The notes beneath the pieces are model-generated. The model worked only from the letters and a program-made list of their open reading frames with translations. It did not search any database and was not told where the DNA came from. Made by a program: the position numbers and the translations under genes. A stretch of 64,000 nucleotides of DNA, from contig CAWICR010000009.1 in assembly GCA_963834775.1 (NCBI GenBank), positions 116,255 through 180,254 of the forward strand. Reading direction: 5' to 3'. This stretch comes from an uncultured Acidimicrobiaceae bacterium. Its GTDB lineage: Bacteria; Actinomycetota; Acidimicrobiia; Acidimicrobiales; Palsa-688. Below, piece by piece: positions 31,154 through 42,282 of the stretch (position 1 is its first letter; each line of letters starts with the position of its first letter).

Positions 31154-31624
31154 GTGTCCCGGGTACAGCTGGCCCTGAACGTGGCCGACCTTGACGTGGC
31201 GGTGGAGTTCTACTCCAAGTTGTTTGGGGTGGCGCCCGCCAAGCGTCAGCCGGGTTACGCCAATTTCGCGGTGGCGGACCCCCCCTTGAAGCTGGTGTTG
31301 ATTGAGCATCCCGAGGGCCGGGGCCGCGGGGTTGTCGGCGCCTTGAACCACCTCGGGGTCGAGGTAGAGACCCCCGACCAGGTCCGGGCCTCGACCGCTC
31401 GTCTGGTGGGGGAGGGGCTCGATCCCGAGGTGCACGAGTCCACGACCTGCTGTTACGCCGTGCAGGACAAGGCCTGGGTGGACGATCCCGACGGCGCCCC
31501 GTGGGAGGTCTATACCGTGTTGGCGGACGCCCCGGCGCAGACCGGGTTGGGATGTTCGACCGAGGCGCGCGCGCCTGAACCGGTTACGGTGACGATGGGC
31601 GGCCAGGGTCGCTCCTGCTGCTAG
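31154..31624 (+). CDS. ArsI/CadI family VOC metalloenzyme (C-As lyase / cadmium-induced protein type)
   Basis: SRVQLALNVADLDVAVEFYSKLFG, GALNHLGVEV, vicinal Cys in TTCCYAVQDKAWV. GTG 31154 is 5 nt after AGGAGG (GTG 31151 also possible). Confidence 0.75.
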   Translation: MSRVQLALNVADLDVAVEFYSKLFGVAPAKRQPGYANFAVADPPLKLVLIEHPEGRGRGVVGALNHLGVEVETPDQVRASTARLVGEGLDPEVHESTTCCYAVQDKAWVDDPDGAPWEVYTVLADAPAQTGLGCSTEARAPEPVTVTMGGQGRSCC

Positions 31625-31635
31625 GCAAGGAGACG

Positions 31636-32454
31636 GTGGCCGGGACGGCGCTGTGGCGGCGGCTGCTGGCCGAGTATCTGGGCAGCGCGCTTCTAGCCGC
31701 CGTGGTGATTGGCTCCGGTATCGCCGCCCAGCGCCTGTCGCCGGGCCAGACCGGTGTGGAGCTGTTCGAGAACGCGGCGGCCACCGCCGCGGGGCTGTTC
31801 GCCCTCATCTTGATGTTCGGATCGGTCTCGGGTGCCCATTTCAACCCGGTCGTGTCCTTCGTGGACGCAGCCTTTGGTGGCCTCTCCTGGCGGCGCGCTG
31901 TGGCGTACCTGCCCGCCCAGGTGGCGGGGTGCATCAGCGGGGCCATCCTGGCTAACGCCATGTTCGGGTTGGCCGCGGTGAGCTTTTCCACCAAGCACCG
32001 GGCCAGCGGACCGCACTTCCTCTCCGAGATCGTGGCCACCGCGGGCTTGATGCTGATCATCTTCGCCTTGGCCCGCTCCGGTCGCGCCCACCTGGCCGCC
32101 GGCGCCGTGGGCGCGTATATCGGCGCCGCCTACTGGTTCACCAGCTCCACCGGTTTCGCCAACCCGGCCATCACGGTGGGCCGCATGTTCTCCAATACTT
32201 TTGCCGGTATCGCCCCCTCGTCGGCGCCCACCTTCGTGGCCGCCCAGGTGGTCGGAGGGGTGCTGGCGGTGGGACTGATTCGGCTCTTGTATCCCGACGT
32301 CACCCCGGCGCAGGCGGCCACCGTGGTGGTGCCCCACACCCTCCCACCCGAGCGGGGCGACCCGCCCACGAACGGCTCGGCCGAACCTAGCGCTGCCCTC
32401 AGTCCCGACCTCGCCGAGCGGTCGGGATCGTCGCTACCCCCCACGGAGAGGTGA
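31636..32454 (+). CDS. MIP family channel (aquaporin/aquaglyceroporin)
   Basis: Two NPx boxes (HFNPVVS, FANPAIT) and six TM segments. Confidence 0.85.
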   Translation: MAGTALWRRLLAEYLGSALLAAVVIGSGIAAQRLSPGQTGVELFENAAATAAGLFALILMFGSVSGAHFNPVVSFVDAAFGGLSWRRAVAYLPAQVAGCISGAILANAMFGLAAVSFSTKHRASGPHFLSEIVATAGLMLIIFALARSGRAHLAAGAVGAYIGAAYWFTSSTGFANPAITVGRMFSNTFAGIAPSSAPTFVAAQVVGGVLAVGLIRLLYPDVTPAQAATVVVPHTLPPERGDPPTNGSAEPSAALSPDLAERSGSSLPPTER

Positions 32455-33887
32455 GCAGGCCCATGCACGTTGTTGCCATCGGCGGATCCGACGCAGGCAT
32501 CTCGGCCGCCCTTCGAGCCCGGGAACTCGACCCCGGAGTTGAGGTGACGGTGGTGGTGGCCGACGCCTACCCAAACTTCTCCATCTGCGGCATCCCCTAC
32601 TACATCTCGGGGGAGGTGGCCCACTGGCGCAACCTCGCTCACCGCAGCTACGCCGATCTGGAAGCCACCGGGATGCGTCTGCGCCTGGACAGCCTCGTGA
32701 CGGGCATAGACGTGGCCGGCCACCGGCTGCGGCTGCGCAACCCCGGCGGCTGCGAAGAGGTGATGACTTACGATCGTCTGGTGGTGGGCACCGGCGCCGT
32801 ACCCGTCCGGCCCCCCATCGACGGGCTGGCTGGACCTGACGCCTTGGGCCCTGCCGACGGGGTGCACCTGCTGCACTCCATGGGCGACACCTTCGGCCTG
32901 CAGCGCGGCTTGGAAGACCGCCAGCCCGCTACCGCGGTGATCGTCGGGGCCGGCTATGTGGGTTTGGAGATGGCCGACGCCCTCACCCTGCGGGGCGTGC
33001 ACGTCTGCCAGGTAGAGATGCTGCCTGAGGTGCTGCCCACTGTGGACCCCGAACTGGGCAAGTTGGTGGGGGCGGAACTGGCTGCGCACGGCGTGGACGT
33101 CACCACCTCGGCGACCGTTACCCAGGTGCGCCGGGCACCCACCGGCGCGGCGGGCCGTCTCCAAGTGGACGGCACCACCCGCGCTGGGCAGCCCTATCGG
33201 CGCCAGGTAGACCTGGTCGTGGTCTCAGTCGGGGTGCGGCCCGACACCGACCTGCTTGTCGAGGCCGGCGCCCAGACCGGGGTGCGGGGCGCCATCGCCG
33301 TCGACGAGTACATGCGCACCGGCCTGCCCGACATCTTCGCGGCGGGGGATTGCGTGGTGACCCATCACCGGCTCTTGGGCCTCACCTACCTGCCTCTGGG
33401 CACTACCGCCCACAAGCAAGGGCGGGTGGCCGGCGAGAACGCCGTGGGCGGCCAGGCCCGCTTCGCCGGCAGCCTGGGCACCCAGGTGGTCAAGGTGTTC
33501 GACTTGGTCGCCGCCCGTACTGGGGTGCGCGAGCACGAAGCGGTCCCGGCCGGGTTCACCCCGGCGACCAGCCAGAGCAGTCCCGATGATCACAAGGCCT
33601 ACTACCCGACCGCCCATCCCATCACCATCCGTCTTACTGGCGATACCAGCACCGGCCGTCTGCTGGGCGCCCAGCTGGTGGGCCGGCTGGGTACCGAGAT
33701 CGCCAAACGAGTCGACATCTACGCCACTGCCATCTACCACGAAATGACCGTCAACGCCCTCAACGACCTGGACCTGTCGTACACCCCACCGCTCGGCTCG
33801 CCGTGGGACGCCGTCCAGATGGCCGCACAGGGTTGGGTACGGGACCACCAGCTCAGCGCCCAACAACAGGCCTTAACGCGCACCTGA
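32451..33887 (+). CDS. FAD-dependent pyridine nucleotide-disulfide oxidoreductase (CoA-disulfide reductase/NADH oxidase class)
   Basis: GGSDAG fold, single redox Cys in NFSICGIPY, second GAGYVGLE fold; GTGA overlap with the aquaporin stop. Confidence 0.8.
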   Translation: MSRPMHVVAIGGSDAGISAALRARELDPGVEVTVVVADAYPNFSICGIPYYISGEVAHWRNLAHRSYADLEATGMRLRLDSLVTGIDVAGHRLRLRNPGGCEEVMTYDRLVVGTGAVPVRPPIDGLAGPDALGPADGVHLLHSMGDTFGLQRGLEDRQPATAVIVGAGYVGLEMADALTLRGVHVCQVEMLPEVLPTVDPELGKLVGAELAAHGVDVTTSATVTQVRRAPTGAAGRLQVDGTTRAGQPYRRQVDLVVVSVGVRPDTDLLVEAGAQTGVRGAIAVDEYMRTGLPDIFAAGDCVVTHHRLLGLTYLPLGTTAHKQGRVAGENAVGGQARFAGSLGTQVVKVFDLVAARTGVREHEAVPAGFTPATSQSSPDDHKAYYPTAHPITIRLTGDTSTGRLLGAQLVGRLGTEIAKRVDIYATAIYHEMTVNALNDLDLSYTPPLGSPWDAVQMAAQGWVRDHQLSAQQQALTRT

Positions 33888-33979
33888 TCCACCCCGGACG
33901 TCGCAGCACCAACCGGCGCTGGTCGGTGAATTGGCTGATGTAGCAACAGCACGCTCTGCAATGTTACGGTGACCGCACA

Positions 33980-34750
33980 ATGGCGATCCCGATGTCCCGC
34001 CCGACCGGGGCCCCTGAAGCCGTGCCAGCTACGGGGCGTCTGGTGGGAGGGGTTGGTCGACGGGACCGCAAGAAGCAGGCGACGCGCCAGGCGCTGCGCA
34101 ATGCGGCGTTGCAGCTGGTAGCCGAACGGGGCTTCGCTAACGTCACGATCGAGGACATCACCGACGCTGCCGACGTGGCGGCCAGGACGTTCTTCAACTA
34201 CTTTCCCTCGAAGGAGTCGGCGGTGATCGGGGCTGACCCCGAGCGGGTGGCGCTCATGCAGCTGAGTCTGATGTGCCGACCTTCGCTCGAGTCGCCCCTA
34301 GAAGCGTTGCGAGCGGTGCTGGTCGAATACACCAGTGCTATCGCCGGCGAGCTCGATGACCTCGGAGAGGGCCGGGAGGCATGGTTTCGCCGCTACTGCG
34401 CAGTGCGAGAAGATCCTGACCTACGCGGCGCATACGCCGCGCACGTTGCTGAGCTCGAGGGAGGCATCGTCGACGCTTTGTCCAGGCGCCTGGGTAAGGA
34501 TCCCGCGTGTGATCCTTACCCAGCCCTGATCACGGCGACGGTGTTTGCTGCCGCGCGGGTCGCGGCCCTGTATTGGACCGCGAACGGCGGTGTGGATTCG
34601 CTCGATGCGCTCACGGGCGCGGCTATCGACACCCTCGCTGGCGGTCTTGTCGATGAAGAGTTGTTCGTGGTCGCGGCGCCTCGGCGGCCTCATCGCAAGG
34701 AGGCCGCGGTGACAAGGCGCCCGCCACCAACAGGGGAAGGCGGGAAATAG
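33980..34750 (+). CDS. TetR/AcrR family transcriptional regulator
   Basis: HTH TIEDITDAADVAARTFFNYFPSKE; directly upstream of an MFS exporter. Confidence 0.85.
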   Translation: MAIPMSRPTGAPEAVPATGRLVGGVGRRDRKKQATRQALRNAALQLVAERGFANVTIEDITDAADVAARTFFNYFPSKESAVIGADPERVALMQLSLMCRPSLESPLEALRAVLVEYTSAIAGELDDLGEGREAWFRRYCAVREDPDLRGAYAAHVAELEGGIVDALSRRLGKDPACDPYPALITATVFAAARVAALYWTANGGVDSLDALTGAAIDTLAGGLVDEELFVVAAPRRPHRKEAAVTRRPPPTGEGGK

Positions 34751-36385
<1,635 letters not shown>

Positions 36386-36459
36386 TCCCATCCAACCGCA
36401 CTTCCCGCTCGCCAAAAGTTTCGGCTGGATCCGGTGCGAGCCATCGAACCGCTCGGCCC

Positions 36460-37605
36460 TCAAGCCGCTTCGCCGCTCGGCTCGAGCGGGGTGCTGACCT
36501 CGGCCAGGATCCGCTGGCTCATGGCCAGGATTGTCCCGAAGGTAAGCCATGGCGCGGGGTCGTCTCCCCATCGCCGTTGGGCCCGGCCCACGGCCTGCCG
36601 GAACGACTCGTCGGCGATGCGGACGGCTTCGGAAACTCGGTGTCGATCGGCGGGCTCGTCAGGAGAGCCGACCCATGCCGCGTAGGCCTCAACTGCAGAA
36701 GCCGTGGACACCAGCATGGTGCCGACGGCCGGCATCGGATGAGCATGTGCCGCTCCGTCCACCAGCGCCCGGGCGATGGACCGGGACTGGATGGCGGTCT
36801 GTTCGCAGACGCTCAGCGCCTGGTCCGCCCGTTCGAGCACGGCGCGTTGTCCACGGGCCCGGGCGTTCCAGCGGGCCGTAAGCTGATCGCCCTGGTGGTC
36901 CCGCCTGGCCTTGGCGGTGGCCTCAACGACTCCGACCGCCTGGCTCCGCCAGCCTTCGGCCTGTTCGAGGGTCCACGCCGAGCTGATGCCCGACCCGATT
37001 TCCACCAGAATCTCGCCACACCGACACAGCGGTGCGTGGGCGTTCGCGACCACCCGTTCGGGAGCTGGCGCCGGGGGACTGGCGAGCACAGCCAGGACGG
37101 CGATGCCGGAACCGATCAGCGTGTCCAGCACCCGTCTGCCCCCATAGCCCGGAGTGGCGCTGCCCACCGCGAAAACGAGCAGGGCGCTGACGGGGATCTG
37201 CACCACGCCCTGCGGGCCGAGACGGACGCTCCAACCGACGAGGAGGCCCACGAAGACGATGATGGCGATGCTCCAGCCGCTCAGGCTGACGAAGTGGCTG
37301 ACCGCCAGGGCCGCGGCCACCCCTACCACCACCCCGACCACCCGCTGGAACGCCCGGGAGAGGGAGTCGTACACGGTGGGTTGGACGATCAGGATCACGG
37401 CCAGCGGCGCGAAGTACGGTCGACTGTGCGGATCAACCACCAGCGCCACGGCCCAGGCAATCCCGGCGGCCACCGCCGCCTTGGTGGCCAGAAGGATCTG
37501 GGTGCGGCTGACCAGCGCGGGCCGCAGCTCTTGGAACCCGAACGTCGGTCGAATCGTACCCCAGCGCCGTCTGACATCTTGCTGAGCCTGTCGATCTGTC
37601 GTCAT
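36460..37605 (-). CDS. FUSC / aromatic acid exporter family membrane protein
   Basis: ATG 37605 in ORF 36460..37866; LATKAAVAAGIAWAVA, YFAPLAVILIVQPT and a long helical cytoplasmic tail. Confidence 0.7.
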   Translation of the reverse strand: MTTDRQAQQDVRRRWGTIRPTFGFQELRPALVSRTQILLATKAAVAAGIAWAVALVVDPHSRPYFAPLAVILIVQPTVYDSLSRAFQRVVGVVVGVAAALAVSHFVSLSGWSIAIIVFVGLLVGWSVRLGPQGVVQIPVSALLVFAVGSATPGYGGRRVLDTLIGSGIAVLAVLASPPAPAPERVVANAHAPLCRCGEILVEIGSGISSAWTLEQAEGWRSQAVGVVEATAKARRDHQGDQLTARWNARARGQRAVLERADQALSVCEQTAIQSRSIARALVDGAAHAHPMPAVGTMLVSTASAVEAYAAWVGSPDEPADRHRVSEAVRIADESFRQAVGRAQRRWGDDPAPWLTFGTILAMSQRILAEVSTPLEPSGEAA

Positions 37606-37726
37606 ATTTGACCTCACCCGGTAACGCTCAACGACGGCGGTCATTGCCATTCTCCTTCCCCTGCCACCCTGGGACGTGCGCCCAATCTCATATCCCGGAA
37701 GTGGTCGGTTTGACCAGCACGGCTGG

Positions 37727-38146
37727 TCAGGCGACGCCGGCGGGCGGTTCGACGGGAGCGGGGAAGGCTCGGGTCTCGTTGGCGTCGGACGCATGGGCGA
37801 GCGGGGCCGATCGACCGTCGGCCACCAGGCGACGCCAACTGGTCTGCCAGTCCGGGAGCTCGGCACTGTCCTGTTCCCACTCGACGAAAGTGGCCTCCTG
37901 GCAGAGATGGTCCGCCAGTCCTCGCGTGCTGAGGTGGGGCTCGGTGTTCATAAAGGTTTCGATTGGCGCCCGCCCTTGCCAGGCTGTGACGTCCCACCAC
38001 ACGTCCTGGGCTTCGGCCAGGGCGTCGGCACCCAAGTTGCCGTCAGTTTTCTGCGCCTGCTCGAGAACGGCGGCGGCGTGGGTGAAGAACTCATCGAGGA
38101 GGGAGGGGTCCCTCAGCCGGAGGCGGGCTACGACGATGATTGGCAT
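37727..38146 (-). CDS. hypothetical protein, DUF3291/ABM-like
   Basis: 139 aa with good GC3; MPIIVVARLRLRD start resembles dimeric alpha-beta barrel proteins; family call is weak. Confidence 0.5.
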   Translation of the reverse strand: MPIIVVARLRLRDPSLLDEFFTHAAAVLEQAQKTDGNLGADALAEAQDVWWDVTAWQGRAPIETFMNTEPHLSTRGLADHLCQEATFVEWEQDSAELPDWQTSWRRLVADGRSAPLAHASDANETRAFPAPVEPPAGVA

Positions 38147-38403
38147 GCGTGTCCTTCTCGTGCTGAATCCTGCGCTCTGCGCAGGGGTGTGAGGGTGAGG
38201 TCGGGATTACGAACGTGACGGCTGGCAGGTGTCTGGGGAGAGATCTCCTGGATCGATCCTTTCATCCAGGCCGCAGGCCCGGTGAGATTTCTCGTCACCA
38301 GGCGGACAACATCGCCATCTCCCGATCCCGCGCCTAAGGAATAGCCCCAAGCTCAAAGACGTTCTCATGCGGTGTGGTTGCGCTTGCAACTAGATCGGTC
38401 GAG

Positions 38404-39474
38404 ATGAGGGGAGGCCAGGTGGATCACATCGTGGAGCTCGGTATGGACACCTTCGGTGACGTGACCGAGGACGACCGCGGCGTGCTGGTGTCCCACGCGC
38501 AGGGCATCCGCGACGTGATCGCCGAGGGGATTCTTGCCGACGAGGCCGGTGTCGACTTCTTCGGCGTCGGCGAGCACCACCGCCCTGACTTCTCGGTCTC
38601 TAGCCCTGAGACGGTGCTGGCGGCGATCGCCTCTCGCACTCGGCACATCCATCTTGGCTCCGCGGTGACGGTGCTGAGCTCGGATGACCCGGTGCGGGTC
38701 TACGAGCGCTTCGCCACCGTCGACGCCGCCTCGGGAGGCCGGGCCGAGGTGATCCTCGGTCGGGGCAGTTTTACCGAGTCCTTCCCGCTGTTCGGCTTCG
38801 ACCTTGAGCGCTACGACGAACTGTTCGACGAAAAGCTCAACCTGTTTGTCGAACTGATGAAAGAGGGCGAGGTCAACTGGACTGGAGCGACCCGATCCCC
38901 CTTGCGCGGGCAACGGGTCTTCCCGACCACCGAAGCGGGGTCGCTCAAGGTCTGGGTCGGAGTGGGCGGAAGCCCCCAGTCAGTGATCCGAGCCGCCAGC
39001 TATTCGTTGCCGTTGATGCTGGCCATAATCGGCGGCGACCCGGCCCGCTTCGCCCCGTTTATCGACCTGTACCGTCGCGCCTTGGCGGAGTTCGGTCATC
39101 AAGCTCAGCCCATCGGCATCCACTCGCCGGGGTATGTTGCCGAGACCGACGAGCAGGCCCGCGAGGCGCTGTGGCCCTATTTCAAGGAGGGCCGCGACCG
39201 CATCGGCGCAGAGCGAGGATGGCCGCCGATGACTAGGGCCCAATTCGACCAGGAAGCATCGCCGTACGGCTCGCTCTATGTCGGGTCGCCCGACACGGTC
39301 GCAGCTAAGATTGCTGCCACCGTTGCCAAGCTCGGGATCGACCGGTTCGATCTGAAGTACAGCTCAGGCCGGCTACCTCACGCCCAGCTGCTGCGCAACA
39401 TCGAGCTCTATGGCACCCAGGTCATACCCAGGGTCCGCGGACTACTCGCCGAGCAGGAGCGCATTGCCAGCTGA
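38404..39474 (+). CDS. LLM-class (luciferase-like) flavin-dependent oxidoreductase
   Basis: FFGVGEHH, HLGSAVTVLSSDDPVRVYERFATVD, GSPDTVAAKI; start ATG 38404 or GTG 38431. Confidence 0.8.
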   Translation: MRGGQVDHIVELGMDTFGDVTEDDRGVLVSHAQGIRDVIAEGILADEAGVDFFGVGEHHRPDFSVSSPETVLAAIASRTRHIHLGSAVTVLSSDDPVRVYERFATVDAASGGRAEVILGRGSFTESFPLFGFDLERYDELFDEKLNLFVELMKEGEVNWTGATRSPLRGQRVFPTTEAGSLKVWVGVGGSPQSVIRAASYSLPLMLAIIGGDPARFAPFIDLYRRALAEFGHQAQPIGIHSPGYVAETDEQAREALWPYFKEGRDRIGAERGWPPMTRAQFDQEASPYGSLYVGSPDTVAAKIAATVAKLGIDRFDLKYSSGRLPHAQLLRNIELYGTQVIPRVRGLLAEQERIAS

Positions 39475-39945
39475 CACGACGGCATGCTGTTGGCCCCGGC
39501 CGAAGCAGTAGCCGGCCAGGTTGCGATGGTCTTGCTGTAGACGGCTCCTGTGAACCAGCCGGTCGGGCCTGGTTTGCGGTGAGTAGCGGTCGGCGGAGGT
39601 CTTCCACCAACGCCGCGATCACGCCGATGGCGCGGAGGGCCCGTTCATGGCCCTGGTCCAACCGCGGTAGCCCCCGGTCGGAGTTCGGTTGCGGACGGTC
39701 GAGCTAGCGACGGAGCTTCAACAAAGCGACGTGCCAGCCTGAGCCTCTGATTGGCCCCGCAGCCGGTCCACCTCGGTTTGAGGGCTCCTCAGTGGAACGT
39801 TTTGGGAGCAAGGACCAGGGTGTTCCACGGGCGCGACGGCTTGCGAAAAGCGGGACCATGAAGTCAATACGAACCTACCCAAGACGGCACAGGGCGCCGG
39901 AGTACAAATCTGACGCCGTATGCCGGGAACTCGAAAGGAGCCCGC

Positions 39946-40779
39946 ATGCCCATGGTTACTGTCGGCCAGGAAAACCGCGCCGACATCGAGATTCACTATG
40001 AAGAGCACGGCTTGGGACGGCCGGTGGTCCTGATTCATGGCTACCCGCTCAGCGGCCGTGCTTGGGACAAGCAGGTGCCGGTGCTGTTGGAGAACGGTTA
40101 CCGGGTGATCACCTACGACCGGCGCGGGTTTGGCAAGTCCAGCCAGCCCACGATCGGCTACGACTACGACACCCTGGCCAACGACCTCCGCATTCTGCTG
40201 GAAACCCTGGACCTGGGCGACGTCACCCTGGTCGGTCACTCGATGGGAACCGGTGAGGTGACGCGCTACCTGGGACGGTTCGGGTCGGGGCGGGTCACCA
40301 GCGGGGTACTGGTATCGCCGATCCCGCCCTTCTTGCTGCAGACGCCCGACAACCCAGAGGGCCTGCCGGCCAGCTTGTTCGACGGGTTCATGCAGGCCGC
40401 CAGGCACGATGCACCCGCGTGGATGAAGGGGTTCTTGGACAACTTCTACAACATCGACAAGTTCGCCGGAACGCTGGTTAGCGACCAGGCCTACCAGGCC
40501 AGCTGGAACCTCGCCACGGCCGCCTCGGCCTTCGCGGCGGTGGCGTGCGTTCCGACGTGGGAGACCGACTTTCGAGCCGACCTGCCCGACATCGACGTGG
40601 CGATGCTGGTCATCCAAGGCGATGACGACCGGGTCCTGCCCTACCCCAAGACCGGCGAGCGGTTGCCCGGCCTGATCAAGGATGTCCAGTTGGTGACCAT
40701 CGAGGGCGGCCCGCACGCCATCGCCTGGACCCACGCCGACCAGGTGAACACGGCGCTGCTGGACTTCCTCAAGGTCTGA
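39946..40779 (+). CDS. alpha/beta hydrolase (non-haem haloperoxidase/arylesterase type)
   Basis: VVLIHGYPLSG, nucleophile elbow GHSMGTG, GDDDRVLP and GGPHA catalytic residues. Confidence 0.85.
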   Translation: MPMVTVGQENRADIEIHYEEHGLGRPVVLIHGYPLSGRAWDKQVPVLLENGYRVITYDRRGFGKSSQPTIGYDYDTLANDLRILLETLDLGDVTLVGHSMGTGEVTRYLGRFGSGRVTSGVLVSPIPPFLLQTPDNPEGLPASLFDGFMQAARHDAPAWMKGFLDNFYNIDKFAGTLVSDQAYQASWNLATAASAFAAVACVPTWETDFRADLPDIDVAMLVIQGDDDRVLPYPKTGERLPGLIKDVQLVTIEGGPHAIAWTHADQVNTALLDFLKV

Positions 40780-40938
40780 AGCCAACCGCCCCATCCAGAT
40801 GCGGGTGGGCCAGGCCATCTCGGCATCTAGCCCACGCCGCAGTTGTCATACCGACCAGGGCGACCGGACCACGTGGCGGTCCGGTAGCCGTCACATTCAG
40901 CCTGAATCGACACGACCAAACCACCCAAGGAGCGACCC

Positions 40939-41958
40939 ATGTCTAACCATTTCAGCGCCGACAAACTGAAGTTCCCGGGCGACGACAGACGCCTGGACCT
41001 CACCGACCTGTTCGTATTCACGTCACCCGACGATCCTGACCAGACCGTCTTGATCATCGACTCCAACCCGACCAGCGCCCCGCCCCCCATACCCGCGCCC
41101 ACGACCGGCCCGGAGTTTTACCCCGGGGCGGTTTACCGCATCAACATCGACACCAACGGCGACTCGCTCGCCGACGTCGCGTTCAGCTTCACCTTCTCCG
41201 AGCTTGAGAACGGTCGCCAGACCGGGACGGCCTGGTATGCCACCGGCAGCCAAGCGCGCCAGCCCGAGCCCTCCGGTGACGTCCTCTTCGAGGCCATCCC
41301 CGTTAGCTTCGACGCCATTTCCCAGCCCGTCCAGACTTCCCCGCACCACCACCGGTTCCTTCGCCATTTGCGCCCGGCCGGGGCGGTCCGGCTGTCCGCG
41401 GGGCTACGCAGCGACCCGTTCTTCGCCGACGTGGAAGGCGCCCTGCACGGCTTTGAGTGGACCGGGCACGACGACTTCGCCGGCAACAGCGTGGACTCCA
41501 TAGCGCTCGAGGTGCCCAACGACATGCTGGGCGACGACCAGGTGATCGGCGTGTGGGCCTCGATCAGCCGGCGCCGCGACGGCGTACTCGAGCAAATGGA
41601 CCGAGGCGGGAACCCGACCATCAACCCGTTCATCAACCCCGACGGTGAGAAAAACCTCTACAACTCCCGCCAGCCCGTCGACGACGTAGCCAACTATTTG
41701 GGGCCGTGGTCCAAGATCCTCGAAAACGGTGGATACACGCCGGAAGCCGCCAAGGCCGCGGCCATGCAAGTGCTGCCCGACATCCTGCACTACGACCGCT
41801 CCCAGCCCGCCACCTATCCCAACGGACGCGTCCTCACCGATGACGTCTACAGCATGCGCTTCGCCTGGCTTTCGAACGGCAAGATCCCGCCGACCGGCCT
41901 CAAGCCCCACGACGACCTGCTGGCCCAGCTCCCCTACCTCGGCCCGCCCCATCCCTAG
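40939..41958 (+). CDS. DUF4331 family protein
   Basis: N-terminal SNHFSADKLKFPGDDRRLDLTDLFVF and SDPFFAD, characteristic of DUF4331. Confidence 0.75.
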   Translation: MSNHFSADKLKFPGDDRRLDLTDLFVFTSPDDPDQTVLIIDSNPTSAPPPIPAPTTGPEFYPGAVYRINIDTNGDSLADVAFSFTFSELENGRQTGTAWYATGSQARQPEPSGDVLFEAIPVSFDAISQPVQTSPHHHRFLRHLRPAGAVRLSAGLRSDPFFADVEGALHGFEWTGHDDFAGNSVDSIALEVPNDMLGDDQVIGVWASISRRRDGVLEQMDRGGNPTINPFINPDGEKNLYNSRQPVDDVANYLGPWSKILENGGYTPEAAKAAAMQVLPDILHYDRSQPATYPNGRVLTDDVYSMRFAWLSNGKIPPTGLKPHDDLLAQLPYLGPPHP

Positions 41959-42282
41959 CCCCGACGACGATTCGATGCCGGTGACGCCTTGCCCGTTCCG
42001 GCCACCGCCTTCAGGGGTTCATATTGAATACATGAGCGTACGCACCTTTCGATCATGGGAATAGAACCACGGGAAGGTCGCTACAGAGCGCCGCAACCGG
42101 AGTTCGGCGTTGGATTTCGTGTTTGACATCCCGGTGGCCCTCTCAGACGGCTCGTCGCACCTGTAGTTGTCCCTGGTCGGCTCTGCGCTGCGCCGGCGCG
42201 CTGGCCAGAGTTCCGCCTGGTACGGATTCTTCGGACTCCCGGGAGGAGGGTCGAATCCGTGGTCGTCTAGGCTCCGGGGCGA

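Noticed and set aside
39475-39945. Possible transposase or other gene remnant on the minus strand (for example LDQGHERALRAIGVIAALVEDL).
   Set aside because: The pieces are short and stop-interrupted, with no motif I can assign to a family. The region is left as unannotated intergenic or degenerate DNA.
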